Shown in pieces: positions 45,601 to 62,038 of a stretch of DNA of 64,000 bases. The first letter of the stretch is position 1. The number at the start of each line of letters is the position of its first letter. The notes under the pieces are model-generated. The model saw nothing but the letters and a program-made list of their open reading frames with translations, ran no database searches and had not been told where the DNA came from. The position numbers were made by a program, and so were the translations under genes. Source of the DNA: the human T2T-CHM13v2.0 reference genome, Homo sapiens. The stretch lies in NCBI RefSeq assembly GCF_009914755.1, contig NC_060930.1; one strand, given 5' to 3'.

Positions 45601-46745
45601 TAAAATTGTAAATTGTAGCAATAGCAGAGAAATACAATTTTGTCCCAGCTTCCCTTGGACAATATTTATGGTTGTGAAGAGAGACCTTTCTGTAAGATAT
45701 CTTTCCTACTTCCTGACTTCTAGTCAAACCCAATTCAAATCAGAATACGAGGAAACTACTGAAGATATGAATCTGAAACTCCTGACAGGCTGTAAAAACA
45801 GATCTTGAGTATGTTCAACTGCCCATCAGTTATTTGTGGGTTCCTATATCAGAAAACCCTCCCTGTAAAGCAGAAAGCATTTATCCTCCACTCCTACAGC
45901 TTGTTTAATAAACTTTAAAATACTTTGTGACATAAAATATATGTGAACAATAAACATCAATTAAAATACTTAGCATTTTCAGCTTACTTTCCTTTCTCTC
46001 TACCCATTCCACAATGGAGAATGTAATAAACACAACAGCTTAAAAACTTTCTAATTTATATTATTTCTCAGGCCTCACTGATGTACAGAGTTGAACTGAC
46101 ATTTATGTTGTATAACTAAGTTTATGCTGAGTAAATTTGTTTTTGCTTGGTTTTGAAAGTGACCATAGTACATAACACCATAGTGTAGGGTATTTTGTTT
46201 TGCATTAAATGAATATAAATTATTTTCCTCTTTACATATGTATTAAAATAAAAATTAAAAATACTCAAAATTCTTCATGTGAATAGAATATATATAGGGC
46301 ATTAGAAGTGTGGGTTCTTGTGCTGAATGTATTCAAAATGTATGTGTCACGCTTTGCATAATTTAAAAGCAAAACAGAAAAAAAACCAAAATGAAACAAG
46401 GTAGTATAATATAATTTGAAGCTTAGAATGTATAGAAGCCACAGTGAAAATCTCTGAACTTCTGGGAAATCCTAATATCTAAACATATTTTAATGCTTAT
46501 CTTGAAAGTGATTTTTTTGACTGTAGATCTGAACTGAGCTAGATTGAGAGTGGATTCTAATGTGGCCCATTTATGAAAATAAGCCATATGCTGCTGCATG
46601 GTAGAATCTACTTAACTCAAAGAAAATTAAAGTTAAAATAATGTTGATTAAATATTAAAGTAAAAATGATTTTGCTTACTCAACACAAAATGAATTGGGA
46701 ACCTGAAAAATTTCAGTGGATCGTAAATATGATGAAAATGTTTAA

Positions 46746-47025
<280 letters not shown>

Positions 47026-47181
47026 AACACACTCTCATTAAATGAGTTTGGTTATGAAAATTTTTCTTTACCTTAGGCCATTAAGTCCTATCTACCAATT
47101 CAAGGGTGAATCCGCCCATTGATTGGACGAATTTTTCAAGATTAAAAAAGCCACTTTCTCTCGATGAACAAATGCTTACTG

Positions 47182-47863
47182 TGAAACAGCCTTTGCAAAA
47201 TTATGACAGTAAGAGAAATCTGACATGGCTGACTCTATCTCGCCTCCAGCCTCACAGGTTGGCTGTCTGCTTATTCTTGGGCGTGCGCCAAGCTAACTTT
47301 GGGAGAAATTTAGTTTATAGTTTAAATAATAATCACCCTTCCCCAAAACTAAGCTGTTCTTGTAAAACTAATGAAAGGCCACCAAGTTAGGAAGATGAGA
47401 GGGGCTTGAATTCTGAATAATTACCAGCCATTATTCTGGAGGTCATAAGATTTGCAACTTTCCCAGTTAAACTCTTGGAGATAACATTACTATCACAGAA
47501 CCTAAGATTGGTCTTTCAGACACCTTTTCAGGTTTTTGCATTTCTGACAAACGATGGCTCCACCAGGACCTGCCACCCGGTACTGTGGCCCCCACGCAAG
47601 AACTGACTCAGCACAAGTGGACAACTTCGATTCCCTATGATTTCACCTCTGACCCAACCAATCAGCATGCCCCCTACCCTATCCCCCTGCCCACCAAATT
47701 ATCTTTGAAAAACCCCTAACCTCCAAGCCTTTGAGGAAATTGATTTGAGTAATAACTCAGTCTCCCACCTCACATCAATTAAACTCTTTCTTTACTTAAT
47801 GCCATGGTCTCAGTGAGTTGATTTTATGTACAGTAGACAGGAAGAACCCATCAGGCAGTTACA
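47182..47863 (+). mobile_element. LTR8-family solo LTR (ERV1)
   Basis: Starts TGAAACAGCCTTTGCAAAATTATGAC, ends GGCAGTTACA. Perfect TSD ACTG at 47178-47181 and 47864-47867. Confidence 0.85.
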
Positions 47864-48102
47864 ACTGCATTGCCATAGTCAAATTCATATGATCAATTTC
47901 TTGCCAAATCAAGAAACAGACACATATGAGATGAAGCCCTGAGATAACTATTTAAAAACCCACCCTGGCCTTGGAGTCTAGGCCTGCTCTACTCTTCTTT
48001 CAGCAAAGAAATATGCTTAAAACTTGTCCATAAAATTTGAGAAAAATATTCTGACTCTTGTATTCTGTTCCAGCTACTGCGATATTATTCTCCTTTTCAC
48101 TC

Positions 48103-48535
48103 TGTACTAGTTGCCAGGGCTGCTGTAACAAAATACTGCAGACTGTGTGGCTAAAAAAACAGTAATTTATTTTCTCATAATTCTGGAGGCTAGAAGTCCA
48201 AGGTCAAGGTGCTGGCAGGTTTGGTTTCCTCTGAGGCCTCTTTCCTCGTATGTTTACATATGTGTTAACAAATAAATTTGTAGATGTCTGCTTTGCAGAT
48301 GTCTGTGTTCTTGCTGTGTCTTCACATGATCGTCCCTCTGTCTATGTCTGTGTCCTAACCCCCTCTTCTTATAAGGACACAGGTCATACTGAATTAGGGT
48401 CCACCTCAATGACCTCGTTTAGACCTAATTACATCTTTAAAGACCCTATCTACAAATACAGTCACATTCCGAGGTACTAAGGGTTAGGATTTCAACATAT
48501 GAATGGGGGATTGGGGCACAACTCAGCCCATAACA
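48103..48535 (-). mobile_element. MLT1A/B-type MaLR LTR
   Basis: gggctgctgtaacaaaatac..ttctggaggctagaagtccaag..actcagcccataaca. Confidence 0.8.
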
Positions 48536-48559
48536 CACTCAGTTATAAGCATTTTTCAA

Positions 48560-50680
48560 GATTCCTCTTGCAGGCATAGGTGTGGGCTGCTGCAGAGGTG
48601 TCAGGACCACCATGGTGAATGTCATAGTCTCCGTTTGTGCAGCTTAGTAATGTCCTGTGCCCCGCTAGTGCCCAATTACAGATGTACCACTTTCATCCAA
48701 CAGTGATGCTACTGAGCCTACCAGACCTATGAACAGGGATTACTGTAAACTTCATCTGGCATCTTTTCCCACTGCAGATACTTATAGTACCTAAAGGTCT
48801 GCCAAATTACATGGCTGAAGCAGCAGGGCTGTGTCTTGGGTTGGCTTGCTTTGGGCCCCATTTGGAGCCAGTAGCCTTTCATGTCACTTGGTAATTAGGT
48901 CAAGACAGTATTCTTAAGTTCTAAATATGTTGCCCCCAGAACTGATGAAGACTGCCAAGAGCTGTGTATCTTTCTTGATCATAGGAAGGAAAAGATGCAA
49001 TAACTTTTTCTTTACTTTGGAGTAGATATTCTGGCATGGCCCAGATCACTACACTCCTAAAACTTCCCTGACAGGCCCTTGAAACTTTGTAAGGTTTATT
49101 TCCCAAGGCATGGGAAGGAGTATCACTATCTTCCAAAAAGGAACCACTTCTGCAAGCCCAGTGGGTCCAGAGTAGTCTGGCATTTCAAGATCTCAAATGC
49201 ATTTACCCAGATAGCCCCAGATTTCAGGGTGGCAGTCCTGCCTCATTAGGGCCTTGGCTTTGGCATGGGAGATTTGCTGAGGCTAAGATTTCAACTTGCT
49301 CTGAAACTTTGCTAATCTAATTCATTCCTGGCTTTAGTCTTCCTCTAGATTTGCTCTCTAGATATAGGAGATTAGGGTTTATTAAGGAGGCCCTCTGGTT
49401 TTCATAATTTGCTTTGAATTGATGATTAATCACACTGATCCTGTCATGAACTATCTTTGACAAATCAATAGCAGTTAGCAACAGCCACCCAATGCCAGTC
49501 TTTTAGTTACAATTTCATCCTTATCTCTCAAGCACCAGCAATGTTGCTTCATCCAATACATATTTTCTATGAGCACCCATCTCAGTTCACCATTGGTGAA
49601 AATTCTAACAACTGCACCTTTACAGCATGTCAGAGTTCTGTCTACCACAAGTGATGAGGTCCTGCTTGCCAGCTGATGTGTGAATAATCCATCTTTAAAT
49701 TCCTATTTTACAGTCTACTTTCTAGGGCCACTGCCAGGACCAATTACCTTAGGTTTGGAAACAGACACTAAGAGAGTTGTGTGCAGGCTCATTGGGAAAT
49801 GTTCTTGGGAGAAACATGTGTAGGGAAGAGAGGAAGGTACATTGGGCATAGAGAAAAACTGGCCTGCAATGCAGTTGTTCCTGAGGTCTCAGCCAATCCT
49901 TCAGAAACCTTGGGAACTATGATGGGTGTCAAGTTGAAACATATAAGACAGGGCCAAAGGCCAAAAGCTGATAATGCTGCTGGTAAAGATTCAATGAGCC
50001 ACTTAGATTTAGACTCTTTATTACCTACATAGATAACAAAAAGAAGAATAAGCCCAAGGTTCCAGTCCCCACAGCCCTTGTCCCACACATCACAAAGGAT
50101 GGCACTGAAATGAAAGTGGCTGGATGACTGACACATGAATTGTGGGATACCCAGTTGCTGAGAAACCAATTCTAGATTGCAGAAAAGTGGCTTTATCACC
50201 TGCAGCCCTGCTTTGGGGTGAATGGGGTAGAAAGTCCCACACTCCATCAGAACCTAGGAGGCAATAAGCAACCAACTCAAAACAGTCTCCCGAGGGAACT
50301 AGGGAGGCAAGTGGGAGATGGCCTCATAGTAGCTCCTTACAGGCCTCCCACCCTCTCTTGTTCTGGGAGGATCACAAGGCATTTCTCCAAGACTCAGATA
50401 TGCTATGGTTCAAGCCTTCACTATATGGATACATAAAAAGTAATCAGGATGCCATGGCACAGCCATTCTCCTATAGATAGCCCTTCAGAGTTGTCTCAAA
50501 TTGAGGGGAGAGGGTCAGGGCTTTATCTCTCCGCATCAGCCACCCCCTGCTTGGGGCCGTATCCTTGGGAGAAGCAATTCCATATCACAGCTTGAGCCAT
50601 CAGCCACCCATATTCCCAGCAGCTGGGGGATGGTGCCTAGGACGTAAAGAGCAGAGCTAGACAGAGATCCACAGTATCCT
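48560..50680. mobile_element. Old ERVL/MaLR internal and LTR remnants, probably nested
   Basis: Diverged ERVL-like sequence, with an apparent ~550-bp insert at ~49927-50475 splitting an LTR-like element. Family not resolved. Confidence 0.4.
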
Positions 50681-50724
50681 ATCAATGTTATATTATTTCG
50701 AGTCAAACTGCATTTATGATTGTA

Positions 50725-51260
50725 TTAAGATGTTTTCAGAGACAAGAAAGAGAAAACCTGATCTACAGGCTTAAATGATGAGGACATTTATGAAAGTGAA
50801 AAAAAAAATGTCCAGGAGGGTAGCCCCAGGATTAGTGTGGTGGTTCAATGAAGTCATTAAAGGCCCAGGCTCTTTCCATTTTTTCATTATATTGTTATGA
50901 GATGTTAGCTTTCATTCTCAGATTTGTAACTTCATGGTCACAAGGTAGCTGCTTCACCTCCATAAATCAAGTCCTTGCCTAATTTTGTTTAAAACAGAAA
51001 GTGAGGGAGGGAAGTAAAAGAGGGAAAGGAAAGTCTTTCCTAGAAGCCCCCAGCAGACTTCCCTTATGATATATTCACCAAAACTGGGTCATATGACCGT
51101 CCCTGAACAACCACTGGAGAAGGGAAGCACCTTGGACCAATCATGATTACCTTCCTAGAGCTTAGTACGTTGCCATTTACCTCAAATCAAATTCTATTAG
51201 CAAAGGAGGAAGAAGAAAGTGTTTGGCTATAGGGTGTACTAACCACCTGTATCTGCCACG
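50725..51260 (-). mobile_element. Old MLT1 (J/K-like) LTR
   Basis: ttcatggtcacaag..gctgc; ctagaagcccccagcagacttccc; ctgggtcatatgacc. Confidence 0.55.
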
Positions 51261-52080
51261 TTTATTGCCAAAAAGAGTCATCAAAAGTGCTTAGTGCTCT
51301 GAAGGTAATGCAAATAATGACCCCTATTTTCCTGCCTCCTGCTCAAAAACTTTCAGGGCCTCTTGAAAGGGCTCGTATTTGCATCTGAAGGCATAGTAGA
51401 ACCAATAAGATGTAGAAAAGAAAGACATGTCTGTAGGTTAAAGAAAAGGAATAAAGCAAAAATACCCAACTAAAACAACATGAATAGTTCCCCTCTCTTC
51501 ATGTACTCATGTACCCATAGGTATATGGGCACACAAGTACACAACACATATATACTTAATTTCTAGAAGAAGCACATAACTGCATTGTAGATGTCTCTAT
51601 TGTTAAAAATAAAGATGCAGAGATTCACAAATGAAATTTCATTTAAAATGAGAGAAAATAACTCTGAAAGGAGCTTTAGTGGTAAACTCAGCAAACTGAA
51701 GTGCCGTTGAATAGTGCTCCAACTGGATATTGGAGAACTCAACAATTGGACAAACACAATTTTGATAGTAATTATTGAGATGCATGAACTTTAGTTGTTA
51801 TCTTCTGAATATTAGAAACATAGGAGATGACACTACGAAAAGCACACACCAAACTTTAACTACAGTCATAATAAATAATACTAAAGACAACACAAAAGAA
51901 GCAATAAAAGCTTTATATACTAAACTCCAAGAGTTAGTGAGGTCTGGATAAACTTCATTTTCTTTTCCCTGTTTCAAAATTCACCCTGATACTCTTTGCC
52001 TTCAGAAAGTCCCATTGAATGAGCTTCTGAAAATAGCACTTATTTGGCAACTTGACCGTAAGTATAGGGTACAGTAAAGA

Positions 52081-52635
52081 TGGAGTAGTGAATCCCCAAA
52101 GACCACTTCCAGGTTTGGTGATTGGCTGGAAGAATTCAAGGGACTCAGCATACAGTTGTACTCATGGCTATAACTTATTACCAAAAATGATATGAAGCAA
52201 AATCAGCAAAGGGAAAAAGGCATATGAGTGAAATCTGGAGGAAGCCAGGCACAAGCTTCCAAAAGTCCTTTCCCAGTGGAGATGCACAGGACATGCTTAA
52301 TTCTTCCAGCAACAAGATAAAACAACACATGGGAAATGTTGTCTATCAGAGAAGCTCATTAGAGACTTAATGCCCAATGTTTGTATTGGACACTGGTCAT
52401 TTAGGCACCCTCTGCCTCGCACATACCAAAATTCCAGACTCCCAGAAAGCAGCAGGTGTTCTGCATAAATGACATTGTTTGTACAAGCAATTGAGCCTCA
52501 TTAAAACACCCTTATCTGTGAGGGAGTTATGGAAACACTCTCAAAATACAAGTCCCCAGCTGCCAGCCAAGGGCCAACCTTGCAAGTAGGCCTTTATAAG
52601 GAGAGCAGTCTTGGGCCTGCTGTGTTAACTGCACA
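52081..52635 (-). mobile_element. MER68-like ERVL LTR
   Basis: Minus strand begins TGTGCAGTTAACACAGCAGGCCC..CTTGCAAGGTTGGCCCTTGGCTGGCA, matching recalled MER68. Confidence 0.72.
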
Positions 52636-54443
52636 GATGCAAAAGCAGAGGGTCTGCTTCCTAGAGGCTGACTGGCTGGCTGACTCACTGCTGTTCCTCC
52701 TCTGAATTTACCACACTACAGAGAAATCACATGTAAGGGACCTCAGCTGGCTCCTTTAGAACATGTCATTGGCTTGCCATATTGTCCCAATATTTAGCAT
52801 TTTATCTAGCATCTATTTTGTTGAATCAATAACTAAATGCTGCTCTCCTTTCTTCCCCTGCCCCTTTGCCCTACAGAAACAGTACCAGAGCTTTCCCAAG
52901 AAAACCATAGTGACCCTCACAAAAAATTAATAGTGTATCAACCAAATAAAACATATAGTGGGATTGTAAAGCTACAGGGCTGCTCTTCTGGCATGTCTGG
53001 TAAGTTGACTCTTGAGTCATTTCCTACAGAGGACCTTCCATCCTGGTCTGAGCAATGGCCCCATTCCTGGTATTAGGCCAGAAGTGGATTGAGTGGCCCA
53101 AAGGAGGAGCCCTCATCTGGCTACTCCATTAAATTCTGGCTGCTTAGATTCTAATGCTTGCCTGAAAAGTCTATCCCATTACTTGATCATTATACTTATC
53201 CCAATTTCCACTTTGAGCTAAGTAGGACGTGAACAATGTGTCTTTTTATGTGATAAAAAGAAAATATTTTCCTGTTTTAATACCTGGATTCTTTGAGAAA
53301 AAATGAGTACGAATTCAGTTAACCCTAAAGTCACTTGCATTAAAAAATTTTTTTATTTTTGTTTTTAGAGTTCATTTCCTTGTTTGAAAGGGAATGTTTT
53401 CTGTTGTTCTGTCAAAGGCCTTTGACTGAAGCAGGCCCACGAAGTAACTCTTCCTTCCCTTTATTCCCTTGGGTGTTCCAGGATTTCTCTTTGGGTGACC
53501 CCGTAGTATGCCACCAGAGCTTCATGCATGACTTTTCCAAATGCTACCACTGGAATTTGACAGCAGGAAGTGGTCCCTAGAATTTATTAGTATAAAGAGC
53601 TTCCAATTATTCATGTCCTCTTTAGTCAAAACAGTAAATATTTCACTTGGCACCAATTTTATTTTATTTCCTTTCTGAAATACGTAGTGAAGACAGAAGC
53701 AACAGCAGGAATGGGCTCATTTGGTGTAAGAGACCTCAGGAACTTTCTGTGCTTCAGTAGCTCAGGCTTGCATTTATGTTTCTAATTCTCCACTTCTCTT
53801 TCCATCGACAACATTGTTTGTTAAAATAACAAAGGATCCCCTAAGTCTTGCTATCTTATATTATCTTAAAATAAATGAGCAAGAGTCTTTCATTATTTCA
53901 TAGTTTTCTTAAACCAGTATCCTTGAGAAATAGCAAATGTAAGCAGGCAGTCATACAGATCAGCAATAGTTTGTGCAGATCTGAAAGAAAGAAGCTGCCC
54001 TGGGAAGTAGAGAACCGGATGATCTTTGTCATTGAGCACACCATTACCTGTTTATTCTCCCTTCATACATTTTGATGGCACTGTCCTCCTTTTCTCTCCC
54101 ACCCTTTCCTAAAGAAAAAAGCTGAACCATTCCCCCATCTGGATGCTGATCAAAACATGCTGTGTATTGCCTTTTGTTCTCACCTTGATGCTTTTTTCTG
54201 CCAACTGAATCAACTCTGACCTGATTTGAGTAATTTAATCTTTACTCCATCTCTTGACTATTTGAAGAGCTCCTTAACTGTTCTTTCTTTCTATCCTCCA
54301 AGCCAGTTCTAATAATATTGTTACCTACACAATATTATTATTTACTGGCTTCCCACTGCCCTCAGAATAGGCCCAAGCACCTTAGTCTGGCATTCCCAGC
54401 TGTAAACAGTTGAGTGCCATGCCTCATTTCACTTATTTATGTT

Positions 54444-54797
54444 TGTATTAGTTCATTTTCACGCTGCTGATAAAGACATACCCAAAAGTAGAAACAAAAG
54501 AGATTTAATTGAACTTACAGTTCCACATGGCTGGGGAGGCCTCAGAATCATGGAGGGAGGTGAAAGGCACTTCTTACATGGTGGCAGTAAGAGAAAAATG
54601 AGGAAGAAGCAAAAGTAGAAACCCCTGATAAACCCATCAGATCTCATGAGGCTTATTCAATATCATGAGAATAGCATGGGAAAGATCAGCCCCCATGATG
54701 CAATTACCTCCCACTGGGTCCCTCCCACAACACGTGGGAATTCTGGGAGATACAATTCAAGTTGAGATTTGGGTGAGGACATAGCCAAACCATATCA
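54444..54797 (-). mobile_element. THE1 (THE1C-like) MaLR solo LTR
   Basis: tgtattag..gctgctgataaagacatacc..agccaaaccatatca. Perfect 5-bp TSD ATGTT at 54439-54443 and 54798-54802. Confidence 0.9.
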
Positions 54798-57215
54798 ATG
54801 TTTTATTTGTTTCTTTATTTAATTCTCATCTCGATCTTGATTGGTTCATTTATTGGCATATTCATTTATTCAACATTTCTTGAATCATCTGTTTTGTTTA
54901 CTAAACCCAGTAGATTAAAAAATAAAAAAGAAAGAAAAAAGACATCTTTCTTGTCACCAAAAGATTTATAGTCAAGTTAGGGAGACAATTAAAGTGGAGT
55001 TTAATAAGTTTAGTAGGGGCTATGATGAGATGTGTACACAATACTATGCACTGAAGAATTAGCAGATAATTCAATTCCCTTGGTCTTTGTAGGTTATAAA
55101 AAGACAAAACTTTTCTGTTTTATACCTGGACTTCTTGAGGCAATTGGGCATAAATTCAGCTACTGCTAAAGTCAATTGCATTTAAAAAAATTGTTTTAAG
55201 GTTTATTTTCTTGTTTTAAGCAGAACTCCATGTTTGCTCTTGTTCTATCACAAAACTTATCAGGCACCTACAGTAATGCAAGCAATGGGCAAACACATAA
55301 AATATCAAATCAAAAAAGAAAATCACAGCAAGTTTCTCAGAGATGCTATTGCTTCAACAATTGGCCGGGTCATTAAGGACTCCCTGAGCACCCAAGCCCT
55401 CTGCTAGCTGCCATCAAAATGCCCTTGGCAGAATGCATGGCATACCTTCTGCTCACTCCATTTCCTCGCCTGGAATACTTTCGTATGTAAACCCCTTCTC
55501 CTCATTTTTTGTGGCCTAACCTAATTGTACGTCTTCACCTGCTGTGAGATTTTTCCAGGATTCCTGCTCTCACCTTTCCAAAGCCCTACAGCACATTGTG
55601 CTTTTCTCATGGGGCAACTTTTCAGTTATTTTAAATGAATATTTAAGGTAATGAAAAATAATTTAAATTACATAGATGTATGTATAATCAAGAGTGAAAG
55701 ACCATCTTTATCCCAACTCTACTCCTATTTCTGTCTCCAGAAGCAAGTCCTGTCAACAATTTTGTGTGTGTTCACCCAGAGCTTTCTTTGGGCATTTGCA
55801 CACATGCATGCATGTGTACACACACATATAATAGAAGTTTTTTTTTTAAATAAGTGAAATCATACTCTACATTGTTTTGGAATTATCTATGAGATTATAC
55901 TTGGACAAACATTCATGTCAGTACATAAATGTGTAGTTTGTTGTTTTCAATGTAATATTTAGATGGACATTTGTTTTCTGACATTCTATTGTTAAAAAAA
56001 CCTGCTATGCACATTTAAATATATCCTCATGTATGTATGTGACCATTTCTATGGATAAATTTATAAATGGAAAATTTCTAAATCAATGAATATACATATT
56101 TTAAATGTTGGTAGATATTGCCAAATTGTCCTCCAAACAGGCTATTCCCATTTAGGCTCCCACAGAGTCTTCAGACCCTCAAATAGTGGCACTTTGCACA
56201 TGTTTGACCTTCCTTAGTAGATGCTAGGAAACATAATCTTGAGGCAGGAACTACATCTTTTATATGTTAGCGTCCCTGGTGATTTCTAGCATAGAGCAGT
56301 GCTTGGCACGTAACAAACATGTTCGATAAGTATTTGTGGAAACAAAATGAACTGTGTAGATGTAAAACACCAGGCTCTTTCTGGAGGCAAAGAAAGCATC
56401 ATTTGGTTTTGTGGAAGATCTCTGATCTGGCCCCTGTAGATTGGAATCCTATTTCTAGTACCTGACTAAGTACATAGTTATATTAATGGCACAATCTAGT
56501 TAGATGCCATCTTACAATGAAGATTTTAAATAAGATACTTTGAGGAGTTAGTAGGAAGTTCTAAGAGTAAAGGCCCTAGACTGGGGCTAAGGAATAAATC
56601 ATATTAAAAGGCCTGGAGCTCCAGGGTCTCCTCTTGGCACCGTAAGAATGTGGCCAGTAATCCTCAATGCATACGAGGAATGTGGAGGTACAGGAACCTA
56701 CCAATGGAGCCCAAAAGCCCGAACAGGAAATAGCACTTGCACCTAATTGCTTCAAAGTACAACTTTTGTGCACTTTAAATTGGAAGGTCTGGGTTACAAC
56801 CCCAGTTCCATGACCTTTAGCACTCTACATACTTTTTATGAAAGTTGCTTTGCTCTTTTGTAAAATGGAAAGAACAATCCTACTGGGCTATTGTGAGAAC
56901 TAAGAATGAGCAGGTGAAAGGAGCTAGCACAATGTCTGGTACAAAGTAAAAGCCATTTCGCACTGAGCAGGGCACAAAAGAGGACTGCCTCAGCTGATTT
57001 AGCACAGACTCACTTAGGAACATCATCTTTAAAGCCTACTTGGGCTGGTTGGCTTGTCCATTTTATGTGTGAGTTTCAAAGGCACCTTCTCAGAAAAACA
57101 TATCAAGAAACCCAGATGTAATTATTTTTTTACTTCTGTTTTTATAGTTATTAATTTTCTTTTTCGACAGTTAAGATAAACTTCAGTTCTTAACACATAA
57201 ATCTCATATGGATGT

Positions 57216-59221
<2,006 letters not shown>

Positions 59222-60556
59222 GATGGCATGACCACAACAATGTGAAGGGACAGATGCAGGGATTGGGCTGAATGTAATATGCCTCTGTGTTCTAGAATGG
59301 GGAGGGTGATAACAAATCAGAGATTCTGTGACCATAAATCATTTCTATGCCTTCAGGAAGAACAGCAGGAAGCACTGTGAGCTGCTTGGGCTCCTGAGCT
59401 AAGGAATGAGCTAAGGATTCATTCCCACAGAATCTAAACTGGCAGAGTGGAGACAACCAAAGCAAAGAATAGTTGAATGTCACCAAAACATTAAGAAAAT
59501 CTCCCATGATATCTTCTTTTTCTCGTCTCACCTTTGTTTGTTTTATTCCTTTCATCTTTCCTTTTCATTTCCACTTCCCACAGTCTCTGTCATCTTTCAG
59601 GGCCTAGTGCCAAGCCTTCTTATATACTTCCTAACATTCTTCCTGGGTGGCATTTTTCATATTATGGTTTCCTTTCAATTTGTCTGTTTCCCTCCATAGC
59701 CCATTAGTATCTCAATGGTATTGTTTTCACATTTCAACTTCTTTCTCCCATGCCCTGAGCTTTAGTACAACGCCTTGTACTAAATAGTTTTCCAGTAACA
59801 CTTTTTAAATAATAGATAAATGCAAAGAAAGAGAAATGCAGGCATGGTAATAGTGGGTGGATTTGTGGCCAGGAAAATGACTGTCTCAAAGACTGCTGAA
59901 GATGTTCAAGGCACAGTTCTTTCACTGCGCACTCTTTCGCTGAACAATTCTCAGAAGTCAAAACATAAATTATCTTATAAATAGAGAATAAACATGTGTC
60001 AAGGGTTTTATTCAACTCAGTCACTAATGATGGAACCAGCAAAATGCTACAGCTGATTCTAAGAATATTTAAGGCACTGGGGTTTATGTAGTCCTTTTAA
60101 TAAAAGAAAGTTAGCTTAAGATTGCAATTTGGGTATAAAACTGGTTAATGTTCTCATTAGCTTTAACCTTTGGGATTTTCTTTTCTACAGGATAGAAATC
60201 ATTTGCATCTCCACCAAATACAAATGTACAAGTGAAGGGAATGTCACAGAATCAAAGCCCTTAATTAATAGTAAAAAGCAAAGTTAAACAATGGTATATT
60301 TTCCTAGAAAATTAAATAATTCATGAGTAGGCCTGACAATTATTCATGATGACATTGAAAGGACATGTAGTCATTCTCTTGGCCTTATTTGCAGATTGTG
60401 GATAGTTTTTCTTTCCCAATTTTCAGCTCTTTTTACTCTATGCTTTCTCACTGGACCAATTTTCTCCATACCTAATGCTTGGCAATGATTCTCAAATTTA
60501 TAACTTCAGTCCAGACCTTTCTTCTCAGCTCTAAACTTGCATATTACATCCCCTAA

Positions 60557-60936
60557 AGATGTAGTTTGGCTCTGCGTTTTTGCCAAAATCTCATGTCAAG
60601 TTGTAATTCCCAGTGTTGGAGGAGGAGCCTGGTGGGAGGTGATTGAATCATAGGGGCAGACTTCCTCCTTGCTGTTCTCGTGATAGAGTTCTCATGAGAT
60701 CAGGTTGTTTCAAAGCGTGTAGCAGCTCCCACTTCTCTCTCTCTCTCTCCCGCCAGCCATGTGAAGATGTGCCTGCTTCCCCTTTGCCTTCCGCCATGAT
60801 TGTAAGTTTCCTGAGGCTTCCCTAGAAGTAGAAGCTTGTACAAGCCACAGAACTGTGAACTAATTAAACCTCTTTTCTTTATAATTTACCCAGTTTCAGA
60901 TATGTCTTTATAGCCATGTGAGAACAGACTAATACA
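60557..60936 (+). mobile_element. MST (MSTA-like) MaLR solo LTR
   Basis: tagtttggctctg..ctggtgggaggtgattg..gagaacagactaataca. Near-TSD cctaa/cctac. Confidence 0.85.
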
Positions 60937-60949
60937 CCTACTGACCAGC

Positions 60950-61110
60950 AATGCAACTGTGGGGAGATCATTTCACTTCTCTGTGCCTTTGTTTCCTCCT
61001 CTATAAAATGGGATTAATAATAATACCTACCACATGGAGTTAAAGAGTAAATGAAATCATATATACAAAGTGCTTTGAACAGCATCTGACACATAAGGGT
61101 TTGCTGTTAC
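60950..61110. mobile_element. MIR fragment
   Basis: Core cttctctgtgcct..gtttcctc..tataaaatggg..ataataatacctacc. Confidence 0.7.
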
Positions 61111-61129
61111 TATTAATTCTCAAAATCTT

Positions 61130-62038
61130 TATTTAGATGTTTCAATGGTACTTAAACACTACTTGTCTGAAATCAAATCTATCCCATTCCTTCCTGCAAA
61201 CCTGCTTTGCTTCCAGTATTCATTGCCACAATCAAGGACACCACCATTCATGCAGTTATAAAAATGAGAAACTAAGGGCTATCCTTTATACCTCTTCTCC
61301 TCACTCCTCATACCTAAGCTATCAATAAGTTCTGTCTATTATATTCCTAAGTACCTATTGAATGCATCAATTTCCCTCCATCTCCACTGCTGGCACCCTA
61401 GTCCAAACTGCTTTCATCACTCGCCTAAATTACTACAATATCCTCCATAATGGTTTCCCCATAAACATTCTTGCCTCTCTCTAATCACTCTCCACACTGA
61501 ATGATCTTTTAAGAATGAAGATCTGACTATGCTACCCCTCTGCTTAGAGCCTTGCAAAGCTTTCCACTGCTCTTTCCATAAAGATCCAACTTCTAATAAA
61601 GACTCTTGTGTGGCATCATTCCCCTGAGTATATGTGGGCCAGCCATACTGGCCTTCACTTACACCGTGACCATGCAAGGCTTCATAGCTAAGCCTCTCCC
61701 TGTGCTGTGTCCCCTGCCTGCAGTGTCTGTCCCCTCTTTACCTTGTTGACTCCCAACTCAAACAGCACCTGCTCAGGGAACTCCCCTGAATCCTCAGATC
61801 AGGCCAGATTCTCCTCTAAGCATCATGTATTTTTCCTCTAAAATATTTATTGCCTGTTATAATTATGCACTTAGGAGTGTAATGAATGTCCATTTCCCCT
61901 ACTAAACTGGAAGCTCCATGAGAGTAGGGGCCAGGGCTGTTTTTCTCAGCATTGTTTACCCTGTGCCTTGCAATGAGCTTGCCTTGTAAGGAGTCTGGTA
62001 TTTAGGATACGTTTAATGCATTCTTGATGATTGAATGA
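61130..62038 (+). mobile_element. L2 3' remnant
   Basis: ctccactgc..ccctagtccaa; actaaactggaagctccatgagagtagggg; terminal gattgaatga repeat. Confidence 0.65.
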